From the IMG/VR virus record IMGVR_UViG_3300028909_000024, positions 1 through 62,609 of that record: a DNA stretch of 62,609 nt. One strand, 5' to 3'. Origin of the DNA: a virus. Taxonomy: Duplodnaviria; Caudoviricetes. The translations under genes were made by a program, and so were the position numbers. This document shows positions 55,352 through 62,609 of the stretch, one piece after another (position 1 is the stretch's first letter; each line of letters opens with the position of its first letter). Under the pieces are notes generated by a model. That model did no database searches. It saw only the letters and a program-made list of their open reading frames with translations, and had not been told where the DNA came from.

Positions 55352-56260
55352 ATGGCGACAATTACCACTGGCACCCATCCGAAAGCCCTCTGGCCTGGCG
55401 TCAAGGCATGGTGGGGACGCTCCTATGATGAGCATGTGCCCGAATACCCGGACCTCTACGAATCGGACACGTCCGACAAGGCGTATGAAGAAGAGGTCGA
55501 AATCACCGGTTTCGGTCTGGCTCCGGCGAAAGCCGAAGGTTCCGCGATCGTCTATGACAGCGAGACCCAGGGCACCGTGCAGCGCTACACGCACGTCGCC
55601 TATGCCCTCGGCTATATCGTCACCTACGAAGAGCTGCGGGACGATCTCTACGAATACGTGTCCAAGCGCCGTGCGCAGGCCCTGGCCTTCTCGATGCGGC
55701 AGACCAAGGAGAACGTGGGCGCGCTCCTTTACAACCGCGCGTTCAACAGCGCCTATCCGGCCGGCGACGGTCAGGCGGTCATCTCGGCCAACCACCCTAG
55801 CCTGAACGGTCCTCAGTCCAATTTGCTGGCGACGGCGGCCGATCTGTCGGAAGCTTCGATCGAAGATCTCGCGATCCAGATCATGCAGACGACAAACAAC
55901 CGCGGCCTGAAGGTCTCCAACATCCCGCAATCGCTGCACGTCGCCCCAGCCAACTGGTTTGAGGCTCAGCGCATCGTCGGCTCGATCCTGCAGAACGACA
56001 CGGCGAACAACGCCATCAACGTGATCAAGCAGCAGGGCTTGTTCCCCAAGGGCGTCAAGGTGAACCACTATTTCACCTCGCCAACCGCATGGTTCATCCG
56101 CACCAATATCCCTCGCGGAACCATGTATCTGGAACGCGAAAAAATTAGTTTCGATCAGGATTCTGACTTTGATACAAAGAACGCCAAAGCTGCTTGCTAT
56201 GAGCGCTATAGCTTTGGAATCAGTGACTTCCGCGGCTTATTTGGCACACCTGGGGTATGA
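55352..56260 (+). CDS. Major capsid protein
   Basis: LWPGVKAWWG..Y, S.KAYEEEV...GFG.AP.KAEG, DFDT.N......ERYSFG..DFRG.FGTPG; terminator follows. Confidence 0.92.
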   Translation: MATITTGTHPKALWPGVKAWWGRSYDEHVPEYPDLYESDTSDKAYEEEVEITGFGLAPAKAEGSAIVYDSETQGTVQRYTHVAYALGYIVTYEELRDDLYEYVSKRRAQALAFSMRQTKENVGALLYNRAFNSAYPAGDGQAVISANHPSLNGPQSNLLATAADLSEASIEDLAIQIMQTTNNRGLKVSNIPQSLHVAPANWFEAQRIVGSILQNDTANNAINVIKQQGLFPKGVKVNHYFTSPTAWFIRTNIPRGTMYLEREKISFDQDSDFDTKNAKAACYERYSFGISDFRGLFGTPGV

Positions 56261-56300
56261 GTTTTCAATGACTTAGCAGATTTTCTGCGGTCAATTCTGA

Positions 56301-56330
56301 AAGGGGGTCACTTCGGTGGCCCCCTTTTTT
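56301..56330 (+). terminator. Rho-independent terminator after the capsid gene
   Basis: AAGGGGGTCAC-TTCG-GTGGCCCCCTTTTTT. Confidence 0.9.
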
Positions 56331-56389
56331 GCTTTGCTTTGATCTAAAACTGTGCAAATAACTAATTGCGCTCTTTAGGATCAAAATGA

Positions 56390-57133
56390 ATGAAATGTTC
56401 AGAATGCGATAAAAAGGCCATATCGCGAGGCTTATGTTCCACCCACTATCACCGGATGCGCCGCAATGGCACGGTGGTCAGGCAAAATGTTCCTCGTTCA
56501 TCTGAATGTTCGGTGGAGGGGTGCCACAAGGAAATCCTCGCGCGGGGTTTTTGTGCCCGACATTATGCGTCGGATTACCAGCACCCGCTAAAGTCTATCT
56601 GGAAACTTCTCAGATCACGCGCGATAGGGGCATACCCACCGGAATGGGAAAAATTTGACGCTTTTTTAGCAGATGTGGGGGAAAGGCCGCACCCAAAGTC
56701 GCAATTGCGGCGACTAAACCCTCTGGAAGCCTATTCCAAAGAAAACGTCAGATGGACAGTTCCCTATAATCGACCTGGCTATATGACCAAGGAAGAGAGG
56801 TCGCGTTACAGCAAAAACCATCATCGGTTAAAAAAGTTTGGTTTGACCGAAGAAGAATTCCACCAGATGCTTCATGACCAAGGAAACAAATGCGCCATTT
56901 GTCTCAAAGATTTTGGGGGGCTGGATGAAGAAACGGGAAACATCAGAATCCCACATATCGACCATTGCCATGGGAGCAAGATCGTCAGGGAACTTCTTTG
57001 CCTAAAATGCAATGGCGGGATCGGGTTCTTTGGGGAAGATCCGGCTAGAATGTGCAGAGCGGCAGCTTATGTTGAAAAACATGCCAAGCGCATAAAGACG
57101 CTGACATCGCAGGACGAAAAGAGCGCTCCTTAA
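56390..57133 (+). CDS. Free-standing HNH/endonuclease VII-type homing endonuclease
   Basis: Two C..C...RG.C..HY repeats; QGNKCAIC...HIDHCH....VRELLCLKCNGGIG. Confidence 0.85.
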   Translation: MKCSECDKKAISRGLCSTHYHRMRRNGTVVRQNVPRSSECSVEGCHKEILARGFCARHYASDYQHPLKSIWKLLRSRAIGAYPPEWEKFDAFLADVGERPHPKSQLRRLNPLEAYSKENVRWTVPYNRPGYMTKEERSRYSKNHHRLKKFGLTEEEFHQMLHDQGNKCAICLKDFGGLDEETGNIRIPHIDHCHGSKIVRELLCLKCNGGIGFFGEDPARMCRAAAYVEKHAKRIKTLTSQDEKSAP

Positions 57134-57393
57134 TGGAGCGCTTTCTCCATGATGGGGTCCATGATCGCATCTAAACGCTCGGCCATGTCCTCATCAATAA
57201 GGACGTTCATGAACTCGCTAGGCGGCACATAGCCGTGCATAGCTATTTCGCCAAGGACTTCACCCCCTGGGTTGCAGCCTTCCTGATGAGATTTATGGAC
57301 GGCTGAAAGGAAATCCTCTACCTTCACAATGCAAATCCCGATGCATGGCATTGCCTTTGCTTTGTCGAAAAACGTCAAAATCCAAATGTCCAT
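57130..57393 (-). CDS. Hypothetical protein
   Basis: RBS AAGGA; GCNPGGEV motif. Confidence 0.6.
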   Translation of the reverse strand: MDIWILTFFDKAKAMPCIGICIVKVEDFLSAVHKSHQEGCNPGGEVLGEIAMHGYVPPSEFMNVLIDEDMAERLDAIMDPIMEKALH

Positions 57394-57413
57394 GAGTTTT
57401 TTCCTTTGGGGTG

Positions 57414-57445
57414 GAAGGGCGCTCCGTTATGGGGCGCCTTTTTCG
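57414..57445 (+). terminator. Terminator hairpin
   Basis: AAGGGCGCTCC-GTTAT-GGGGCGCCTTTTT. Confidence 0.7.
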
Positions 57446-57685
57446 TTACCGATAGACAATGTGATCTGCGATGTTGGTCATCGCGTGGGCCATGCTCTGG
57501 TTATATTCATCCAAGGCTTGGCCCTGCATGTTTTGGGCGCTTTCTGGGTAATAGGGTGCTGCTTGTGCATAATCAGCCAGATCCACGACATAATAGGTCT
57601 CTGGGCGCCTGCGGATCATCACCCAATGTTCCCGAGGCCCTGTGCGCTCCCAGGTGATCCCTGCGGGCTCTGTGATGATCTTCAT
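57446..57685 (-). CDS. Hypothetical protein
   Basis: ATGA coupling. Confidence 0.55.
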   Translation of the reverse strand: MKIITEPAGITWERTGPREHWVMIRRRPETYYVVDLADYAQAAPYYPESAQNMQGQALDEYNQSMAHAMTNIADHIVYR

Positions 57686-57903
57686 GGTGTGCGGGTTTTC
57701 CTTCGGTCTAGTTGATAGCCATCAGTTCCACAGACCTCTACCCAATGGATTTGGGCGAGCGACAGGTGTGTTGCGGTCCAGCTTGGGGTTGAACCTTCTG
57801 CATAGGCGATCCGCTCAAGCTTATTCGCTTTTTCCTGCGCAATGCGCTGATGTAGCGTCAGGTCGCGATGAGTCAGAAGTTTGAACATGGAGCGCCCAAT
57901 CAT
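57682..57903 (-). CDS. Hypothetical protein
   Basis: Coupled in the inverted cassette. Confidence 0.5.
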   Translation of the reverse strand: MIGRSMFKLLTHRDLTLHQRIAQEKANKLERIAYAEGSTPSWTATHLSLAQIHWVEVCGTDGYQLDRRKTRTP

Positions 57904-58184
57904 TCTTTGGGCTGCATAAACAATGCACGAAAAGCGCCGATGATGCCGGCAAACAGCGTCGTTATGATCACGACCACAGTGCCAAAAACAAAAATCGGGG
58001 GCGCTGTCGTGCCTGCATACTCGTCCATTTGGGTCTCGCAGATCCAGAGAAGAAACCCGATATACAGAGCGTAGCAGACGGCTTCGCCCAGAACGGACGC
58101 TGCTGCGGTAAGCCGACTTTCGGGTTTGGGGGCATCTTCGTCATTTGTCGCAATGACGGTTCCATAGGTGTATTTTTGGCTCAT
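57900..58184 (-). CDS. Small two-TM membrane protein
   Basis: RBS CAGGA before MSQKYTY; two hydrophobic segments. Confidence 0.6.
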   Translation of the reverse strand: MSQKYTYGTVIATNDEDAPKPESRLTAAASVLGEAVCYALYIGFLLWICETQMDEYAGTTAPPIFVFGTVVVIITTLFAGIIGAFRALFMQPKE

Positions 58185-58216
58185 TTGCTTGGGTCCTGCG
58201 GTGGTTGGTGATGCAG

Positions 58217-58246
58217 AAACTAAGCGCAATTTGCGCTCTATGCAAG
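58217..58246 (-). promoter_or_regulatory. Leftward promoter with palindromic operator copy 3 as spacer
   Basis: TTGCAT-AGAGCGCAAATTGCGCT(17)-TAGTTT on the minus strand. Confidence 0.75.
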
Positions 58247-58258
58247 CCACAAATTACA

Positions 58259-58300
58259 GAAAAGAAACGCGGGGACCATGAGCCTCATGCGCCCCCGCGC
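58259..58300 (-). terminator. Terminator of the tRNA transcript
   Basis: CGCGGGG..CATGAG/CTCATG..CCCCGCG followed by TTTCTTT. Confidence 0.75.
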
Positions 58301-58370
58301 TGATCGGATGTCCTTTTTGGCTCGCCGTCCTTTCCGGGAAGTTTGAAAGTCCGTTGAACACCATCCGATA

Positions 58371-58448
58371 TGGTCGGGGAGGCAGGATTTGAACCTGCGG
58401 CTTTTTGGTCCCAAACCAAGCGCTCTGGCCAGACTGAGCTACGCCCCG
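58371..58448 (-). tRNA. tRNA-Pro (TGG), CCA encoded
   Basis: CGGGGCGTAGCTCAGTCTGGCCAGAGCG-CTTGG-TTTGGGA-CCAAA...GCAGG-TTCAAAT-CCTGC-CTCCCCGACCA. Confidence 0.9.
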
Positions 58449-58452
58449 GAAA

Positions 58453-58530
58453 TGGTTGCGGGGAACGGATTTGAACCGTTGACCGATCGGGTATGAACCG
58501 ATTGCTCTACCAGGCTGAGCTACCGCCGCG
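58453..58530 (-). tRNA. tRNA with CAT anticodon, fMet-like, CCA encoded
   Basis: CGCGGCGGTAGCTCAGCCTGGTAGAGCA-ATCGG-TTCATAC-CCGAT...AACGG-TTCAAAT-CCGTT-CCCCGCAACCA; C1:A72 mismatch. Confidence 0.88.
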
Positions 58531-58658
58531 GCCAAATCCATAGCGAATAAGCTTGACATGCGCTAGGGTCTGTTTGTTCGCGATTAGCCAGGCCCCGCCG
58601 GTAGCGCGCTCCCCCACAATTTGCGCGGTGTATGCCGCAGTTTTTGAGGAGATCGACT

Positions 58659-59588
58659 ATGGGTAAGCCAACGGCCCTTCAAGGCCCGCTTGTCGTCTAT
58701 GGGCTGCGCAATGCGCCCGGTAATCTCGCCAGCGATCCTGATGCGAGCCTTTCGCTGTTTTTCGGCGGCACGGGCCTTTTCGACAGCCGCGCCGGTTACA
58801 GCATCACGCGCCGCGGTGCACTTGGGTTCGCTTCGCCGAGCCCGATTGAGGCACTTGCCGTCATCCCATCGACCATCAGCGCTACCGCGATCGCAGCCGC
58901 TCAGGTGCCCGTCGCAGGCACTGCTCTGACGCTCGCCGCCGCGACGGCCAACGGCGTGACGGTGATCACGGCAGCCAACCAAGCGCCTCTGCCCGTGTCT
59001 CAGAACGTGCCGCCCATCGGCGCGCTGTTCATTGACGGTCTGCCGGCGTTCCTGCCGATCGGCTTGGATGGACAGATTGCCATCTGGGACGTGACCTCCA
59101 TCAGCCAGCGTGCTGTTCAGATCACGTCCGTGGGCAATGACAGCACGGCGACCTTCACCATCCGCGGTTGCGACTATACCGGCGCCCCGGTGACCTGCAC
59201 CGTGACCGGCGCCAATGCCGGTGTGGCGACCAGTTCCAAGACGTTCAAGGCGGTCTACAGCATCACCCCTGCCGGCACGCTTTCCGGTTCCAATGTGAGC
59301 GTCGGTCAGGCGGATGTGTTTCAGTTCCCGCTGCTGGCGGCAGGTTGGGAAAACGTCCAAGTGTTCTGGAACGGCCTGCAGGTCACGGCGGCCAGCACCG
59401 GATTCACGGCGCCCGATCTGACAACCCCGGCAACGGCCCTGACCGGCGATACCCGCGGCAAATATGCGGTCCAGAGCGCGTCCAACGGGACCAAGAAGCT
59501 GGTCATGTTCGTCACGCCCAGCCCGGCCGCAATCGCGTCCAGCCCTGGCAGCCTGAATACGGCGCTCTTCGGAGTGACCCCTTTCTAA
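58659..59588 (+). CDS. Virion structural protein (head/tail accessory)
   Basis: RAVQITSVGNDS.ATFTI.G.D..G......TG.NAG.....KTFK.V.SIT motif; RBS GAGGAG. Confidence 0.65.
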   Translation: MGKPTALQGPLVVYGLRNAPGNLASDPDASLSLFFGGTGLFDSRAGYSITRRGALGFASPSPIEALAVIPSTISATAIAAAQVPVAGTALTLAAATANGVTVITAANQAPLPVSQNVPPIGALFIDGLPAFLPIGLDGQIAIWDVTSISQRAVQITSVGNDSTATFTIRGCDYTGAPVTCTVTGANAGVATSSKTFKAVYSITPAGTLSGSNVSVGQADVFQFPLLAAGWENVQVFWNGLQVTAASTGFTAPDLTTPATALTGDTRGKYAVQSASNGTKKLVMFVTPSPAAIASSPGSLNTALFGVTPF

Positions 59589-59601
59589 TAGGAGACGTGG
59601 C

Positions 59602-59991
59602 ATGGTTGATTCTGTAACCAGCCAAATCCTCGTCTCTGGCCCAAGGAATCTCGTCCTCAAGCTGACGAATTATTCTGACGGGACTGGTGAAACCGGAGTG
59701 GTGAAGGTCAATGCTGCGGCCTTCACACCACCCCTGGGAACGCACCTGACGGTGATTGGCATAGACTTTTCAGTTCAAGGAATGGTCGCGCGCCTGCAAT
59801 GGGATGCGACTATTCCGGTGGATATGCAGCTTCTGGCTGGATATGGCTCGTTCGATTTCCGGCGATTTGCTGGTTTGACCTGTCCGAATGTTGCCGGTGT
59901 CACCGGGAATATCCTGATGACTACGGCCGGTCAGGTGGCTGGATCAAGCTACGATATTGTGCTTCGGATGAGAAAAAATGTCTCTCCATGA
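59602..59991 (+). CDS. Virion structural protein
   Basis: M.D.VTSQIL..G.RN.V.KLTN.SDGTGE..V.KV pattern; RBS AGGAG. Confidence 0.65.
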   Translation: MVDSVTSQILVSGPRNLVLKLTNYSDGTGETGVVKVNAAAFTPPLGTHLTVIGIDFSVQGMVARLQWDATIPVDMQLLAGYGSFDFRRFAGLTCPNVAGVTGNILMTTAGQVAGSSYDIVLRMRKNVSP

Positions 59992-60010
59992 GAAGGCATA
60001 GATCCAATCC

Positions 60011-60697
60011 ATGGGACGCAGGAATTTCTATAAACCGGGGTCTTACTACGTAATCGACGACAGATCGGGGTTTGCCGTTCCGATCGAACGTGCCCGGATG
60101 GAATGGAATGGTCTTTTAGTTCGCGAACAATCCTGGGAGCCTCGTCAGCCCCAGGATTTCGTCCGAGGAACAGTCGATCAACAATCGGTGCCGATTGCCC
60201 GTCCACGGACGCCACCGCAGTTTGTGCCCACGGGCATAAGTCCTGTCGTCGATATCTTCAACACTGCGATTGGCGGCGATTTCACCACAGATTTCAATTC
60301 GGATTTCGACATTGGATCGCTGGTGACCTGCATTCAGGTTCAGAACCAATCTGGATGGCTGACGGGCGACATTATCTGGATCATGCAAAATAATGGTGTT
60401 TTCTTCCGAGCAACCATCGTGGCTATCGGACCCGTGACGACAGGCTCCGGGTCACAGAGCGCATCCCCTTACGTGACGGTGATGCCGCAGGTTATCCAAG
60501 AGGTTGCCGCTCAAAATCCCGTCGTCAATATGGCCCTGCAAGCGCGGATAGCTGCGAACTTGTATCCGGGGATGATCGGTAATTTCACTATCGGACGGGA
60601 TTCTATCGGCGTGAATTCCCTGTCTGAGTTTGGTCCGCAGCTCGAAGATTATGACACGATCGCAGTCCTAGATCAGGTGGAGGATTTCTCTAGATGA
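60011..60697 (+). CDS. Head-tail joining region protein with C-terminal extension
   Basis: IDDRSGF......R.EWNGLLV....WEPRQPQDFVRG..D.QSVP..RP; GGDFTTDFNSDFD motif. Confidence 0.65.
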   Translation: MGRRNFYKPGSYYVIDDRSGFAVPIERARMEWNGLLVREQSWEPRQPQDFVRGTVDQQSVPIARPRTPPQFVPTGISPVVDIFNTAIGGDFTTDFNSDFDIGSLVTCIQVQNQSGWLTGDIIWIMQNNGVFFRATIVAIGPVTTGSGSQSASPYVTVMPQVIQEVAAQNPVVNMALQARIAANLYPGMIGNFTIGRDSIGVNSLSEFGPQLEDYDTIAVLDQVEDFSR

Positions 60698-62609
60698 GCG
60701 GCAACGGCAATTTACCGCCTGATCAATGGCCCCCTGGATACACGCCAAACGCTGCGGAGTGGGATGCTGCGTTTTCTGGCTTGGTCCGCAATGTTGGAAC
60801 GGCCACAACGGCAGGAGAATTGGCCGAATTTGCAGACAGCACAGGTCTCAACCTTGTGGGGGTTCCAAACACGCTGCTGACTGCCGTTCAGAGCGTATCA
60901 ACCATCGCCGCTCTGCGTGCCTTGACGACTGTCACAGGCGCCGAAAGCATTGCCTACGTTGAAGGCTATGCGGCGAATGGAGACGGCGGTGAGGGGGTTT
61001 TCACAGTCAATTCCTCGGATACGACATCGGCAGATAACGGCGGCACTATCATTGTCGATGGGTCGGCCCGGCGCTGGTATCGCAGCCTGCATGCCTGTTC
61101 TGTTTCAGCCCATCACTTTGGCGCAACGGTCAATGCAGGGGTGGATTGCTCTGCCTCGGTCAATGCAGCGATCAACTTTGTGGCTCTGACTGGTGGCCTC
61201 GTTACCCTTGAAGCTGGGACTTATACCGTTTCCAGCACCATCATCATGAAGACCAAAGTGGGCCTGCAAGGTAAAGGTCATCAGAAAACATTCATCGTTG
61301 GCGCTGCTGGAACCACCATGGATCTGGTGCAGACCTATCAGTTCCCCGCGCTGACCGGCACCAACACGGTTGGCGGCCCCTATGGCTGGTCCATCAAGGG
61401 CATCAGCTTCAATGGCCTAAAAGCATCCCGATCCGCCGGCCGGTGCGTTGCGATCTATGGCTATGACTATGTGATTGATGATTGCGAATTCTTCAACGCT
61501 CATGGGGATGGCGTCTATTCGGAGTGGGCGACCTCGGGCAGCGTTCCTGTGGCCTCGGGTGGCAACGGGATGGAAGCCCTGATGGAGAACGTCAAGTTCT
61601 TCCAAAACGGCGGAAACGGCCTGACGTTCAATGGCCCGCATGATTCGGGCATCATCAATGCCCTGTCGTTCCTGAACACAGGATACGGGATCGCAGCAAA
61701 TCAAACGGCCAATTATTCCGGCGGCTGCAACCTCATTACTGTTCATGCATATGCCAACGGCAATCACGGCATTTACGTGAATACTGGCGTCAACATGGGT
61801 CAGGTCCAAAGCGAAAGTAATCTTGGCGCCGCTGGTGGCTTCTATATTGACACAGCGGGTTTTGTCGTTGGGTCCGATATCACCGCTTATTCAAACGGTG
61901 GGTTTGGGATGCAGGTCAATGGCGGCTTGTCTTCTATGTCTAACCTCTTTTTTCACGCCAATGGCACCAATGGCTTGGTGGTCAACGGGGGCGCCAATAC
62001 GTTCTCAAACGTCTTGTCCAGCAACAATGGACAGGACGGGGTAATCCTCACCTCCACTGGCACATCCAATATTATCTCCGGGTTGCTTTGCCAGTCCAAT
62101 GGCAGTTTTGGCGTGGCTTGCTCGGGATCGGATAACGCCATCACGGGCATTTTGGCTGAGTTCAACACGGGCGGCGGCGTGACGATCGCCAATGGGGTCG
62201 GTTTCGTCCGGATGTCTGGTGAGGTCAACAACAACGGGGCTGGCGCGGTTCAGGTGCCTCTGGGCACCATGGGTGCTGGCTGCATGATTGATCTGGCCGT
62301 GTTTACGGTCGCAGGCCAGACGGCGTGGACTGGGAATATCGGCAATAATTTCGTCCGCATCGCTGTGGCCGGTGCTGGCGCTGGCAGTCCGATTGATAGC
62401 GGTCCCGGTGTAACCGATGGGTCTAGCGCGAACGGCGGCCAGATCGGGGAAGTTGCGACAGTTCAGGGGTTTGGTGTGGCTCTGACCTCTGGAACCTCAG
62501 CGACCATAACCTCAATGGGCCTAACCCCAGGTGACTGGGATGTCACAGGTGTGGGGTTGGTCACGCCAAGTGGCGGAGTGACGATCTCTAACTTTGCGTC
62601 CAGCACATC
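60694..62609 (+). CDS. Tailspike with pectate-lyase-like beta-helix (~704 aa in total, ends at 356)
   Basis: ATGA coupling; TIAALRAL...GY...GDGGEG.F...DNGG..IVD...RRW N-domain; HFGA...G.D.SA..NAAI cap; repeated N(G)..G coils. Confidence 0.85.
   Translation, partial: MSGNGNLPPDQWPPGYTPNAAEWDAAFSGLVRNVGTATTAGELAEFADSTGLNLVGVPNTLLTAVQSVSTIAALRALTTVTGAESIAYVEGYAANGDGGEGVFTVNSSDTTSADNGGTIIVDGSARRWYRSLHACSVSAHHFGATVNAGVDCSASVNAAINFVALTGGLVTLEAGTYTVSSTIIMKTKVGLQGKGHQKTFIVGAAGTTMDLVQTYQFPALTGTNTVGGPYGWSIKGISFNGLKASRSAGRCVAIYGYDYVIDDCEFFNAHGDGVYSEWATSGSVPVASGGNGMEALMENVKFFQNGGNGLTFNGPHDSGIINALSFLNTGYGIAANQTANYSGGCNLITVHAYANGNHGIYVNTGVNMGQVQSESNLGAAGGFYIDTAGFVVGSDITAYSNGGFGMQVNGGLSSMSNLFFHANGTNGLVVNGGANTFSNVLSSNNGQDGVILTSTGTSNIISGLLCQSNGSFGVACSGSDNAITGILAEFNTGGGVTIANGVGFVRMSGEVNNNGAGAVQVPLGTMGAGCMIDLAVFTVAGQTAWTGNIGNNFVRIAVAGAGAGSPIDSGPGVTDGSSANGGQIGEVATVQGFGVALTSGTSATITSMGLTPGDWDVTGVGLVTPSGGVTISNFASST
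62453..62609. repeat. Terminal direct repeat, right copy
   Basis: Matches 1-157 with one mismatch. Confidence 0.97.

Noticed and set aside
58254-58559. 101-aa minus-strand ORF
   Set aside because: Overlaps two clear tRNA genes and their terminator
60694-62609. Diversity-generating retroelement acting on the tailspike
   Set aside because: No reverse transcriptase and no separate template repeat; the only mismatch is C/T in the assembly overlap

Overview
The window is an apparently complete, circularly permuted ~62.45 kb tailed-phage genome. Positions 1-157 repeat at 62453-62609 with one mismatch, and a ~704-aa tailspike ORF runs across the junction. Virion genes are podovirus-like: TerS, an intein-containing TerL, portal, GroES, scaffold, major capsid, P22 gp4/gp10-like tail hub proteins, three ejection proteins, tail fibre and tailspikes. 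GcrA- and GapR-like genes point to an alphaproteobacterial host. Replication uses a lambda-O-like initiator with internal iterons plus a T7/Twinkle-like primase-helicase. I found no DNA polymerase, integrase or CI repressor. The most unusual elements are: (1) three tail-fibre/tailspike-like genes encoding Sec signal peptides, +1 Gln and paired cysteines, next to membrane proteins and a Tat-type lipoprotein, suggesting an exported, periplasmically folded appendage or depolymerase system; (2) an acr-aca-like autoregulated cassette between TerS and TerL; (3) a palindromic operator regulon (GAGCGCAAWTTGCGCT); (4) a DdrB-like ParB domain inside the large ejection protein; (5) a remodelled fMet-like tRNA; and (6) several structured or antisense RNAs. 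All family assignments come from motif recognition by eye, with no database searches.
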